Assembly: GCA_029864185.1 (NCBI GenBank)
Contig: JAOTTY010000001.1
Location: 1 to 62,246 of the forward strand
Reading direction: 5' to 3'
DNA from: Gammaproteobacteria bacterium
Lineage (GTDB): Bacteria; Pseudomonadota; Gammaproteobacteria; GCA-001735895
DNA length: 62,246 nucleotides
Below the pieces are notes generated by a model that saw nothing but the letters and a program-made list of their open reading frames with translations, was not told the DNA's origin and searched no databases. Below are positions 1 through 9,434 of the stretch, piece after piece. Numbering within the stretch: position 1 is the stretch's first letter; each line of letters starts with the position of its first letter. Position numbers and translations under genes: made by a program.

Positions 1-1
1 G

Positions 2-2290
2 CAGCAGCTGGTCAGGGCCAAGCCAAGGGTCGTCGGTTTTACGACTCCGTTCGATACCGGGCAATACGAGGCGGGCATTGCCTCGTTGGCGGACCTGCGC
101 AAGATTCTGAAAAGCGAAAAGAAGCTGAGTAGGCGCGTCAACCAGGCACTGCGCGTCACCGAGTCGACCCTGCATGGCGATAACAATCTCGCCGCCACCT
201 TCAAATCGGGTGGTCGCATCGTGCTCTCGATGCAGTATATCCCGACCACCGAGCCTCCCTCCGGGCTGTCTCCGACGCTGCCGAAGTACATGCAGAAGTT
301 TGCTCTGCCCAAGGTCAGCATCAACGGCAGCGGCAGCCGTGGATTTGGCTGGCCCTCGCCAAAGGTACCGCGGGCTTCGGAGATATTTCCACCCATCGAG
401 AAGCTGGCGAATCAGGTCGGCGGCATAGGCGTGTTCAGCTTTGCCGAGCATTTCAATAACGAACCGGTGATCATACAGTACGGTAGCGATTACCTGCCGT
501 CTTTTGCGCTGATGCTCGCTACCCGCAGCAAGGGCCTGTCGATGCAGCATATCGAATCCCGTGCCGGCACCAGCCCGATGCTCGGCGGCAAGGATCTGGG
601 TGCCGATAACGAGTTCAGGATCTACCCGCGCTTCTACGAGGGCAAGGACGGGAAATCGGCCTTCAAGGTTTTCTCGCTGATCGACGTGCTGGACGAAACC
701 GTTTCGAAAAATGCATTCCACAACAAGATTGTCATCATCGGAATTACCTCGCCGCGCCTGGCGCAACCGAGGATGACGCCATCCGGGCATCCGATATCCC
801 CGACCCTTGCGACAGCGCATACCGTATCGAGCCTGCTGAACGGCGAGTCGTATCAGCTACCCGAGTGGTCTGGCTGGGCCCTGCGCGGAATCATCGCTGC
901 GCTCGGAATCTACCTGATGTTCGTACTGTGCCGCTTCCGCGCCAATACCGCTTTTTTCCTGAGCCTGTTCCTGCTGCTGGTGATTTTCAACGCCCACTTC
1001 GTATTGATGAGTTCGCAGGCGCTGTGGTTACCCATGATGTCTGCCGTGGTGATGCTCATAGTCGGCCATCTGATACTCGGTACCAGGCAGTCATTCAACG
1101 CCAGGCTGGGGCTGGTACGGGCAAATCTTTCGGCCGCCAACCGTCAGCTCGGCCAGTCGTTGCACGCCCAGGGTAACCTCGACCAGGCCTTCGAGAAGCT
1201 GCGCAGCTGTAACGTCGATGACCCGCTGCTCGGGCAGATTTACAACATCGGTCTCGATTACGAGCGCAAGAGGCAGTTCAACAAGGCGGTTGCGGTGTTC
1301 AAGTTCATACTGCAGCATGATCCGAAGTACGGCGATGTCGAAGAACGCGTCCAGCAAAACGAACAGGCGTCGAAGACCGTTGTGCTGGGTGGCGGCAATA
1401 CCAAGGGCCCGGGTCCGACCCTGATTTCGAGCAAGGGAGGGATTTCGAAGCCAAAACTCGGGCGCTACCAGATCGATAGCGAAATCGGTCGCGGCGCGAT
1501 GGGCATGGTTTACCTCGGGCATGACGACAAGATCGGACGCACCGTTGCCATCAAGACCATGGTGCTGTCGGACGAGTTCGAGGAAGACATGCGCGATGAA
1601 ATAAAAAGCCGCTTTTTCCGCGAGGCCGAGGCCGCCGGTCGCCTCAACCATCCGAATATCGTCACCGTCTACGATGTCGGCGACGAACAGGACCTGGCCT
1701 ATATCGCAATGGATTACCTGAAAGGCAAGGACCTGACCGCCTACGCGAGCCCGAAGACGCTGCTGCCGGTAAGCCAGGTCTGGGAAATCATCATCAGCAT
1801 CGCGCTTGCGCTCGACTATGCCCATCAGCAGCACGTGGTGCACCGGGATATCAAGCCCGCCAACATTATTTACGATAAAATCAAGCGCGTGGCAAAGATT
1901 ACCGATTTCGGCGTTGCCTGCCTGACCGATGCCAGCAAAACCAAAACCGGCACCGTGCTCGGCAGTCCCTACTACATGTCGCCTGAACAGCTTGCCGGCA
2001 AGAAGGTCGACGGGCGAGCGGACCTGTTCTCGCTCGGCGTAACGATGTACCAGATGCTCGCCGGCGAGCTGCCGTTCAAGGGCGAGTCGATCGCCAACCT
2101 GATGTACAACATCGCCAACGAGAAACATCCCGATATTCGCCGCTACCGCTCCGACTTACCTAATTGCGTCAACAATATCATTAACAAGTCGCTACAGAAG
2201 GATGCCGGTTCGCGTTACGAGACCGGCAAGCAAATGGCGGCCGCGATGAAACGCTGCCAGGAGCATATCAACGAGATGGACGCAGCCTAG
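2..2290 (+). CDS. CHASE2 sensor / TPR-like / Hanks-type Ser/Thr protein kinase (5' end runs off the window)
   Basis: The frame is open from nt 2 with no stop (QQLVRAKPRVVGF...), so the TTG at 86 in the ORF track need not be the start. Hydrophobic helices lie mid-protein (GIIAALGIYLMFVLC..., FFLSLFLLLVIF..., LWLPMMSAVVMLIVGHLIL). A TPR-like segment follows (GNLDQAFEKLRSC...YERKRQFNKAVAVFKFILQHDPKY). Kinase subdomains: GRGAMGMVY, VAIK, HRDIKPANI, DFG, SPEQ. Confidence 0.85.
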   Translation, partial: QQLVRAKPRVVGFTTPFDTGQYEAGIASLADLRKILKSEKKLSRRVNQALRVTESTLHGDNNLAATFKSGGRIVLSMQYIPTTEPPSGLSPTLPKYMQKFALPKVSINGSGSRGFGWPSPKVPRASEIFPPIEKLANQVGGIGVFSFAEHFNNEPVIIQYGSDYLPSFALMLATRSKGLSMQHIESRAGTSPMLGGKDLGADNEFRIYPRFYEGKDGKSAFKVFSLIDVLDETVSKNAFHNKIVIIGITSPRLAQPRMTPSGHPISPTLATAHTVSSLLNGESYQLPEWSGWALRGIIAALGIYLMFVLCRFRANTAFFLSLFLLLVIFNAHFVLMSSQALWLPMMSAVVMLIVGHLILGTRQSFNARLGLVRANLSAANRQLGQSLHAQGNLDQAFEKLRSCNVDDPLLGQIYNIGLDYERKRQFNKAVAVFKFILQHDPKYGDVEERVQQNEQASKTVVLGGGNTKGPGPTLISSKGGISKPKLGRYQIDSEIGRGAMGMVYLGHDDKIGRTVAIKTMVLSDEFEEDMRDEIKSRFFREAEAAGRLNHPNIVTVYDVGDEQDLAYIAMDYLKGKDLTAYASPKTLLPVSQVWEIIISIALALDYAHQQHVVHRDIKPANIIYDKIKRVAKITDFGVACLTDASKTKTGTVLGSPYYMSPEQLAGKKVDGRADLFSLGVTMYQMLAGELPFKGESIANLMYNIANEKHPDIRRYRSDLPNCVNNIINKSLQKDAGSRYETGKQMAAAMKRCQEHINEMDAA

Positions 2291-2302
2291 TATCCCGCCG
2301 AT

Positions 2303-3730
2303 TCAGGCGAGCGCCTTGAAGCGGGCGAGCGCGCGCGCGCGCGTTGTTTTCAGATCAAGAACCGGCCTGGGGTAGTCTATCCCAAGCTCGATGCCAGCCT
2401 TTCGCAGAACCTCGTCGCTGGCCTCCCATGGCTTATGCCTGAATCTTGCCGGCAGCGGCGCGAGTTCGGGACAGTAGCGGATCAGGTATTCTCCGTCGGG
2501 GTCGAATTTCTCGCTCTGCAACACCGGGTTGAAGATACGGAAGTAGGGCGCGGCATCGGCGCCCGAGCCGGCGCACCATTGCCAGCTGGCGCTATTGCTA
2601 GCCAGGTCGGCGTCGACCAGGCAATCCCAGAACCATTCCTCGCCGGCGCGCCAGTGAATCAGCATGTTTTTGATCAGAAACGATGCGACGATCATCCTGA
2701 CCCGATTGTGCATGTAGCCGGTTTGCCAGAGTTCGCGCATCCCGGCATCGACGATCGGGAAGCCGGTCTTGCCCTGTTGCCAGGTTTTCAGGGCCGCGTC
2801 GTCGTCAAGCCACTGGAAGCTGTCGAAGCGGGTGTTGAAATTTGCCTCGGGTAATCGAGGGAAGTGATATAGCAGGTGATAAGAGAATTCACGCCACGCG
2901 ATTTCGCGCAGGTAATGCGGAGGGCCATCGCCGGTGACGTTCATCGCTGCGTTCTCGATGCGATGCCAGACCTGGTGCGGCGAGACTTCACCGAAGTGCA
3001 AATGCGGCGACAACCGCGAAGTCGCATCCAGCGCCGGAAAATCGCGGCCTTCACGATAGCTTGCGAGGCTATCCTCGCAAAATGCTTCGAGCCTGTGCTG
3101 CGCGGCGATTTCGCCGATCTGCCAGTGGGCGAGCAGCGAGCGGTGCCAGTCGTGACGCGGCAGCAGCCCGAGCTGTTCGAGGGCCAGGCCGGGTTCGGCG
3201 GTTGCATCCGCGTACCTCAATCTGGCGGGCGCAGGCAGGGGGCTTCTCGGCGCCGGTCGTGACAGGCAGCCTTTCTGGTAAAACGGCGTGAAAACCCGGT
3301 ACGGGGAACCATCGCCCTTGCAAACCGTCCAGGGTTCCCACAGCAGAGAGGCATTGAAACTCTCGATCCGGATATTCCGCGACGTCAGCACGGTCCTGAT
3401 TCTTGCATCGCGCTCGATACGCCAGGGTTCGTAACAGCGATTCCAGAAAACCGCATCGACCTGAAATACCTCGATCAGATGCGCAATAATCGCGGTCGCG
3501 TCACCGCTGAAGAAAAGCAGGCTGCCGTTGAGCGATTCGTCTAGCGCCGCCAGCGACTGATGCAGCCAGCTGCGGCTCGCCGCACCCGCAGACCAGTCAC
3601 CGGCGTTGACGTCATCGAGGATATAGATCGGCAGTACGCAACCCGATTCGGCCGCGGCATTAAGCGCCGGGTTATCGGCAACTCTCAGGTCCTGGCGAAA
3701 CCAGACGATGGAAACTGCATCATTTTTCAT
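2303..3730 (-). CDS. phrB: deoxyribodipyrimidine photolyase
   Basis: N-terminus SIVWFRQDLRVADNPAL. FAD-binding block WQTGYMHNRVRMIVASFL and SWQWCAGSGADAAPYFRIFNP. Confidence 0.93.
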   Translation of the reverse strand: MKNDAVSIVWFRQDLRVADNPALNAAAESGCVLPIYILDDVNAGDWSAGAASRSWLHQSLAALDESLNGSLLFFSGDATAIIAHLIEVFQVDAVFWNRCYEPWRIERDARIRTVLTSRNIRIESFNASLLWEPWTVCKGDGSPYRVFTPFYQKGCLSRPAPRSPLPAPARLRYADATAEPGLALEQLGLLPRHDWHRSLLAHWQIGEIAAQHRLEAFCEDSLASYREGRDFPALDATSRLSPHLHFGEVSPHQVWHRIENAAMNVTGDGPPHYLREIAWREFSYHLLYHFPRLPEANFNTRFDSFQWLDDDAALKTWQQGKTGFPIVDAGMRELWQTGYMHNRVRMIVASFLIKNMLIHWRAGEEWFWDCLVDADLASNSASWQWCAGSGADAAPYFRIFNPVLQSEKFDPDGEYLIRYCPELAPLPARFRHKPWEASDEVLRKAGIELGIDYPRPVLDLKTTRARALARFKALA

Positions 3731-3752
3731 ATTGATTTGTGAAGTATCGGTA

Positions 3753-4712
3753 TTAAAGCGAGTTCAGCAGCATCAGCTCGTCGGGATGCGGCCGCATGTA
3801 ATACGAGCGTTCGATATATTCATTTGGATTCTTACGGAAATGGTGCCGCAGCAGCGTGATCGGAACGATCAGCGGTAACAGGCCGAGCCGGTAATTTTCG
3901 ATGCTTTCGGTCAATTCTCGCTTGTCGTCCTGGTCGAGATCATGCTTGAGATAGCCGCGCACGTGCTCGAGCACGTTGACGTGATTCGATCGTTTGGCGT
4001 AGATCCTGAGAATCCGCATCAGTTCGACAAGATAACGGTCGGCATATTCTTCGACGGGTTCGCGGTGAGCCTCGGACAATTCGCGCCCGAGTCGGCGGCC
4101 GAGCGCCTGGTCGTGGCTGTACAGGATCAGTTTATGACGGGCGTGGAAATCCGTCAGCGCGGCCCAGTCCAGGCCTCGGGCCAGCATTTCGTGCCAGCGC
4201 CTGTAAATGAAAACCCGCTTGACGAAGCTCTCGCGCAGCACCGGATCGCCGAGACGTCCCTCTTCTTCCACCGGCAATGTCGGGAAGTTCTGCATCATGG
4301 TTGCGGTGTACAAACCCGCACCGCTGCGCTGCGGGTGGTCCCCGCGGTAAACCTTGACGCGCTCCATACCGCAGCTTGGCGAATCTTTCTTGACGATATA
4401 ACCGAAAACCTGCCGCTGCCAGCACCGCTGGTCGTGCGCGCTCTGGATGAGCGCGTCGGTCACGTTCAAATCCTCGCGCCTGCTGCCGACCGCGTTTATC
4501 GCGCCGCCGTCATCGACGAGGCGAATCGATTCACGCGGCACGCCGAGCCCGATGGCCAGTTCGGGGCAAAAGGGGCGGAAGCTGAAGTAGTGTCCGAGCG
4601 TATCGAGGATGTAACGGTTTTGCTTATGGCCACCGTCGAAGCGAACCTTTTCCCCGATCAGACAGCTGCTGATGCCTATGAGAATCTTGGTGTGCCCGTT
4701 ATTCACGGGCAC
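3753..4712 (-). CDS. YbgA-like DUF523/DUF1722 protein
   Basis: N-terminus ISSCLIGEKVRFDGGHK (DUF523-like). C-terminal half HKLILYSHDQALGRRLG (DUF1722-like). It sits directly upstream of the photolyase gene, as ybgA-phr does in E. coli. Confidence 0.8.
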   Translation of the reverse strand: MPVNNGHTKILIGISSCLIGEKVRFDGGHKQNRYILDTLGHYFSFRPFCPELAIGLGVPRESIRLVDDGGAINAVGSRREDLNVTDALIQSAHDQRCWQRQVFGYIVKKDSPSCGMERVKVYRGDHPQRSGAGLYTATMMQNFPTLPVEEEGRLGDPVLRESFVKRVFIYRRWHEMLARGLDWAALTDFHARHKLILYSHDQALGRRLGRELSEAHREPVEEYADRYLVELMRILRIYAKRSNHVNVLEHVRGYLKHDLDQDDKRELTESIENYRLGLLPLIVPITLLRHHFRKNPNEYIERSYYMRPHPDELMLLNSL

Positions 4713-4741
4713 GCGTTATGGACCTCGGGCAGGGGCTACTC

Positions 4742-5404
4742 TCACGCATAGCTGCGACGGATTAACGGATTCAACAACCTGCTGATCGGGCCGGTAAACT
4801 GTATCGGCCCCTCGGTAACCGCGAGGCAGATGCACTCGCTGTCACGAGTGGCTACCGGCGTATGCTTGTCATTCTTGTCCTTGACCACGAAATCACCCTT
4901 GCGGTACAGCCCGGACTCGTCCGAGAAACTGCCTTCGAGAATGACCGTGTACTCGTCGCCGAGATGGGTATGCGTCGTCGCGGAACCGCCTGGCTTTATC
5001 TTCAGCAGCTCGACCTTGGCTCCATTGCTGTCGCGGCATAGCTCGACGCTGTGAATGTCGGCGGAAATCCGCTTCCAGCGCAGGCCGCCATAGCTGCTGT
5101 CGACGAACTGGCGCAGGCAGCGCGGAATAGACGAATCGACCCTGGCCGACTCATGTCTCGGAGTTTCGGCCTCGAGCGAATCGAGTCGTTCGAGCAACCG
5201 ATTTTTAAGTTCGTCCGAAGCCTTCGATGGCGTCAGCTGCTGCATCAGTTCCGTACCGACACGGTTCAAGTGTTGCAGCTGGCGCGCGCAGGAATCGCAA
5301 TGCTCCAGGTGCGCGGAGATGCATAACGCCTGGCTCAGCGGCAGGCTGCCGGCCGAATAAGCTGCCAGCAATTCGCCGAAGGGATGATTTTGTGGTTTAT
5401 CCAT
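4742..5404 (-). CDS. chrR: anti-sigma factor ChrR (zinc-binding anti-sigma domain plus cupin)
   Basis: HLEHCDSC zinc motif near the N-terminus. C-terminal cupin KPGGSATTHTHLGDEYTVILEG. There is a 2-nt gap to the upstream ECF sigma gene. Confidence 0.88.
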   Translation of the reverse strand: MDKPQNHPFGELLAAYSAGSLPLSQALCISAHLEHCDSCARQLQHLNRVGTELMQQLTPSKASDELKNRLLERLDSLEAETPRHESARVDSSIPRCLRQFVDSSYGGLRWKRISADIHSVELCRDSNGAKVELLKIKPGGSATTHTHLGDEYTVILEGSFSDESGLYRKGDFVVKDKNDKHTPVATRDSECICLAVTEGPIQFTGPISRLLNPLIRRSYA

Positions 5405-5406
5405 GA

Positions 5407-5994
5407 TTACCTCTCGACCAGTACTTCGAGCTTTTTCAGCGCCAGGCGTACGCGTGATTTCACGGTGCCCAGCGGTAACTTAAGCTCTTCGCTGGCTTGT
5501 TGGTGGCTTTTACCCTCCAGATAGACCTTGGTTAAGATTTCACATTGTTCTCTTGGCAGCTCTTCCAGACCTGCTCTTATACTTTCCTCGGCACGGGTTT
5601 GCTGCGCCAGCTGAAAGGGGCCCGGTCCGTCGTCTTCCATGTCGTTGAAGATGTCGGTCGGGTCGATTTCGGTAACGTAGCGGCTATTGCGCCTCAGGTA
5701 GTCGATGCGGCAGTTTCGTGCCAACGTAAAAATCCAGGTATTCAGATTAGCAAGACGCGGGTTGTACTTGGCAGCTTTCAGCCACACCCGCGTCATGACT
5801 TCCTGTACCAGTTCGTCAGCGACGAGATCGGATCCGGGTTCGCGCGCGAGACTGTAGGCCCGAATCAGCGGCGCGTAATGGTCGAAAAGGCTGGCGAACG
5901 CGGTTTTGTCGCGATCCACGGCGACTTTTTTCATCAGTTCGCCAAGGGCGATCAGCTTGTCGCTGGGCAGTTTTCTATTGGTCATGGCGGGCAT
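5407..5994 (-). CDS. ECF (RpoE/ChrR-type) RNA polymerase sigma factor
   Basis: Region 2: DELVQEVMTRVWLKAAKY...TWIFTLARN. Region 4 HTH: SHQQASEELKLPLGTVKSRVRLALKKL. The ORF-track start (6141) would run through the promoter region, so the ATG at 5994 is chosen (alternative 5985). Confidence 0.88.
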   Translation of the reverse strand: MPAMTNRKLPSDKLIALGELMKKVAVDRDKTAFASLFDHYAPLIRAYSLAREPGSDLVADELVQEVMTRVWLKAAKYNPRLANLNTWIFTLARNCRIDYLRRNSRYVTEIDPTDIFNDMEDDGPGPFQLAQQTRAEESIRAGLEELPREQCEILTKVYLEGKSHQQASEELKLPLGTVKSRVRLALKKLEVLVER

Positions 5995-6025
5995 TATAAG
6001 CGCTCGTCGGCTAAAAGTTGATCTG

Positions 6026-6053
6026 TATACGGTTCCAGGTGGATTGTGGATCA
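6026..6053 (-). promoter_or_regulatory. candidate ECF (ChrR-group) promoter for the sigma/chrR/ybgA/phrB operon
   Basis: On the minus strand: TGATCC (6053-6048), a 16-nt spacer, then CGTATA (6031-6026). This lies about 30 nt upstream of the ATG at 5994. Confidence 0.6.
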
Positions 6054-6059
6054 CCCAGT

Positions 6060-6087
6060 TGATCCGAAGGTGAGTGCCCGGCGTATA
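6060..6087 (+). promoter_or_regulatory. candidate ECF (ChrR-group) promoter for the SnoaL-to-DUF3833 operon
   Basis: On the plus strand: TGATCC (6060-6065), a 16-nt spacer, then CGTATA (6082-6087). This lies about 43 nt upstream of the ATG at 6131. Confidence 0.6.
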
Positions 6088-6130
6088 AAGCTTCCATTGA
6101 ACGCATGCAAGATGAGAGATACCACGACAA

Positions 6131-6559
6131 ATGAACGCCAATAAACCGTTGATCGAGCAATTTAAGAATTATTTCAGAGTGCTGCACGATTCCGATCTGA
6201 CCCAGTTGCGCGAGATTTACGCCCCGAATATCGTATTCAAGGATCCGGTGCATGAAATTCGCGGGCTGGTCGAACTCGAAGATTATTTCACGTCGATGTG
6301 CAGCGACTTGACCGACTGCCGTTTCGAGTATCTCGACGAGCTGATCGGCGAAGGTGCCGCGTACGTCAAGTGGATGATGCACTTCAAGCACCCGAAGCTG
6401 GGCAACCGGCTGATCAGCGTGCGCGGCGTCAGCCATCTCAAGATTGGCGACAGGGTAGAGTTCCACGAGGACTTCTACGATATGGGCGCGATGCTTTACG
6501 AACAACTGCCGGTGCTGGGTAACGTCACGCGCTGGCTTCGACTGCGGCTGGCGAGTTGA
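6131..6559 (+). CDS. SnoaL/NTF2-like small protein
   Basis: A 142-aa alpha+beta-looking protein and the first gene of the divergent operon. The call rests on size, position and general resemblance only. Confidence 0.55.
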   Translation: MNANKPLIEQFKNYFRVLHDSDLTQLREIYAPNIVFKDPVHEIRGLVELEDYFTSMCSDLTDCRFEYLDELIGEGAAYVKWMMHFKHPKLGNRLISVRGVSHLKIGDRVEFHEDFYDMGAMLYEQLPVLGNVTRWLRLRLAS

Positions 6560-6563
6560 TAGC

Positions 6564-7355
6564 ATGGCCAGAAAACCCAACAAAATGATCTGGATTACCG
6601 GTGCCAGTAGCGGGCTGGGTCGGAGCCTGGCGATTGCGCTGGCCGCGAGGGGGAATCGGGTGATCGCCTCGGCACGCGGCGCAGACGAACTGGAAAAGCT
6701 CGTAGCGTTGAACGCAAACATCACCGCGCTGCCCTGCGACATTACAGATGTGGGGTCGCTCGAGGCGGCCGGCGCGAGGATGGCGGGAATCACTCCGCAC
6801 CTGGATCAGGTAATTTTGAACGCGGGTAGCTGCGAATACCTGGATTTCCCCGATCCCGACTGGCTGGCGATACGCCGCGTCATGGAAATCAACTTCTTCG
6901 GAACCGTGAACTGCGTAAGACTGGCGCTGCCTTTGCTGCGTAAGAGCCCCGGAGGCCGGCCTCACATCGTCGGCGTCGCCTCCCAGGTAACCGCGGCGCC
7001 TTTTCCACGGGCCGAAGCCTATGGTGCATCGAAGGCTGCGCTGCAGTATTTTTTCGACAGCCTGCGCATCGATCTTGCCAGCGAGAACATTGACGTGACC
7101 GTGGTCAATCCAGGTTTCGTCGATACCCCGCTGACGCGCAAGAATGACTTTCCGATGCCCTTCCTGATGGATGTCGACGAGGCGGCCTCGCGCATCGTCA
7201 AGAATATCGAAGCCAGGCCACGCAGCTACAGCTTCCCGCTGCGCCTGTCGGCTATGCTTTTCGTATCGAAACTGATGCCGGGGCTGTGGCAAAAAATGGT
7301 CGCACCCGAGAAACAACAGGTGGACGCTCGGTCAAACCAGGGGATTGGTAAATGA
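6564..7355 (+). CDS. short-chain dehydrogenase/reductase (SDR)
   Basis: TGASSGLGRSLA (TGxxxGxG), NAGS and YGASKAAL (YxxxK). Confidence 0.88.
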   Translation: MARKPNKMIWITGASSGLGRSLAIALAARGNRVIASARGADELEKLVALNANITALPCDITDVGSLEAAGARMAGITPHLDQVILNAGSCEYLDFPDPDWLAIRRVMEINFFGTVNCVRLALPLLRKSPGGRPHIVGVASQVTAAPFPRAEAYGASKAALQYFFDSLRIDLASENIDVTVVNPGFVDTPLTRKNDFPMPFLMDVDEAASRIVKNIEARPRSYSFPLRLSAMLFVSKLMPGLWQKMVAPEKQQVDARSNQGIGK

Positions 7356-8650
7356 ATATTGCAATAATCGGCGCCGGAATTTCCGGACTCACTGCAGCTT
7401 ATTATCTTCGCCGCGGGCACGACATTACGATTTACGAATCGGCCCCCCGTATCGGCGGTCACACCGCGACCGTCGATGTTCGTTACGCAGGACGCGATTA
7501 CGCCATAGACACAGGGTTCATCGTCTACAACGACTGGACGTATCCAAAGTTTATCGAACTGATAGCGGAGCTTGGCGTGGAAACCCGGCCCACCGAGATG
7601 AGTTTCAGCGTGCGCTGCGACGACAACGGGCTGGAGTACGGCGGCAATAACCTGAATACCCTGTTCGCGCAGCGTATCAACCTGATGCGGCCATCGTTTC
7701 ATCGTATGCTGCGGGACATTTTGCGCTTCAACCGCGAAGCGGTCAAAGACCTCGACAGTGGCCGCATCTCCGCGACGACGACGCTGGGTGATTACCTGGC
7801 GGCGAACCGTTACTGCGAGGAGTTCACCTATCGGTACCTGCTACCGATGGGTTGCGCGATCTGGTCGGCGTCGACATCGCGCATGATCGATTTCCCGGTA
7901 CTGTTCTTCACGCGGTTTTTCAAGAATCATGGGCTGCTGAGCGTCAACGACCGGCCGCAGTGGCACGTCATCAAGGGCGGCTCGAGAAGCTACCTCGAGC
8001 CATTGACGCGTGAATTCAGCGACTCGATTTGCGTCAATGCACAAATTGTCTCGGTGCGGAGACGTCCTGGAGGGGTGGAACTGGTTATGGCCAACGGGCA
8101 TACCGCGCAATACGATCAGGTTATCTTCGCCTGCCATAGCGACCAGGCACTCGGATTGCTGGCCGATGCCACGATGGCCGAGCGCGACGCGCTGACGGCG
8201 ATCCCCTACCAGTCGAACGAGGTAGTGCTGCACACGGACGAAAGCCTGTTGCCGCGACGCCGACTTGCCTGGTCGAGCTGGAATTACTGGTTGCGCGAGC
8301 GCTACCAGCAGCGTGCTATCCTGACCTATAACATGAATATCCTGCAGGGCATCGAATCGGATACAAACTTCTGCGTTACGCTAAATGCCACCGAATCGAT
8401 TGCGGCAGACAAGATTATCGAAACTTTCAACTACAGTCACCCGGTGTTCTCCCTGGAGTCGGTCGTAGCTGCCGCGAAAATCGATGATTTCAACGGGCTC
8501 AATCGCACCTGGTTTGCCGGTGCTTACCTCGGCAACGGTTTCCATGAAGACGGCGTGGTCAGCGGACGCCGGGTCGCCGATGCGATCAATCGCCTCGCTC
8601 CGTCGGCGCCCCGGGATAGTCTGGCAGCCGCAGAAACGTCCCATGCATAG
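7352..8650 (+). CDS. FAD/NAD(P)-dependent amine-oxidase-like oxidoreductase
   Basis: Dinucleotide-binding motif IAIIGAGISGLTAAYYL. There is a 4-nt overlap with the SDR stop. Confidence 0.85.
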   Translation: MNIAIIGAGISGLTAAYYLRRGHDITIYESAPRIGGHTATVDVRYAGRDYAIDTGFIVYNDWTYPKFIELIAELGVETRPTEMSFSVRCDDNGLEYGGNNLNTLFAQRINLMRPSFHRMLRDILRFNREAVKDLDSGRISATTTLGDYLAANRYCEEFTYRYLLPMGCAIWSASTSRMIDFPVLFFTRFFKNHGLLSVNDRPQWHVIKGGSRSYLEPLTREFSDSICVNAQIVSVRRRPGGVELVMANGHTAQYDQVIFACHSDQALGLLADATMAERDALTAIPYQSNEVVLHTDESLLPRRRLAWSSWNYWLRERYQQRAILTYNMNILQGIESDTNFCVTLNATESIAADKIIETFNYSHPVFSLESVVAAAKIDDFNGLNRTWFAGAYLGNGFHEDGVVSGRRVADAINRLAPSAPRDSLAAAETSHA

Positions 8651-9434
8651 CGCGATTTACCGTGGCTACCTGCGCCATCGCCGCTTCACCCCGAACGCGC
8701 ACAGGTTCAGTTACCAGGTATTCATGATGTACCTGGACCTGGACGAGCTCGATGCCGTGCTGGGAATATCGCCTTTCTGGTCGCGCAAGGCATGGCGGCC
8801 GGCCCGTTTCGATCGCGCCGATTTTCTCGGAGATCCCGCGATCCCGCTGAAACAGGCGGTACGTGAGCGTATTCATGATGAAACCGGAGACTGGCATAAG
8901 GGGCCGGTGCGGATGCTCGCAAACCTGAGGTACTTCGGCTTCAACATCAATCCGATTTGCTGCTACTACTGTTTCGACGACCAGGAAGCCCTGCAGTATA
9001 TCGTGGTCGAGGTGACCAACACGCCGTGGAAAGAGCGCCAGAGCTACGTGCTGCGCTGTGATCCGGGGAAACGCTTCCAACGTATCAAGTTTGCGAAATT
9101 AATGCATGTCTCGCCGTTCAACCCGATGAATATTGGCTACCGGTGGGCCAGCAACAATCCTTCCAGGATCCTGAGCCTGAACCTGGAGACCGAATGTGAT
9201 GACGAAATTCACATGGATGCCACGATGGCGCTGAAGCGACGCGACATAAGCGCCTCAAGCCTTGCGTGGATCTTGCTGCAACATCCTTGGATGACTGCCA
9301 AGGTGGCGGCGGCGATATACTGGCAAGCCCTGAAACTCTGGATCAAGCGTAATCCATTCTACGATCATCCTGGCAATCGGGGCCTGGCCGAGCTGGATCA
9401 ACCGACAATAACGAGACTGAAGACGAAGACATGA
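8643..9434 (+). CDS. DUF1365-family protein (cfa-cluster partner)
   Basis: The start is moved to ATG 8643 (MHSAIYRGYLRHRRF), which overlaps the upstream stop. Its position immediately upstream of cfa is the conserved arrangement. Confidence 0.75.
   Translation: MHSAIYRGYLRHRRFTPNAHRFSYQVFMMYLDLDELDAVLGISPFWSRKAWRPARFDRADFLGDPAIPLKQAVRERIHDETGDWHKGPVRMLANLRYFGFNINPICCYYCFDDQEALQYIVVEVTNTPWKERQSYVLRCDPGKRFQRIKFAKLMHVSPFNPMNIGYRWASNNPSRILSLNLETECDDEIHMDATMALKRRDISASSLAWILLQHPWMTAKVAAAIYWQALKLWIKRNPFYDHPGNRGLAELDQPTITRLKTKT

Noticed and set aside
1091-2128. 345-aa minus-strand ORF antisense to the kinase gene
   Set aside because: It lies entirely inside a CDS with unmistakable kinase motifs on the other strand. 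It is Arg/Gly/Ala-rich with no motifs, a typical shadow ORF of GC-rich DNA. The same reasoning applies to the shadow ORFs at 3942-4751 (+), 6011-6793 (-), 6525-7316 (-), 9509-10417 (-), 13132-13974 (+), 15370-16023 (+), 16158-17063 (+), 16813-17721 (+), 19353-20231 (-), 19874-20857 (+), 20891-21598 (+) and 21623-22291 (+).
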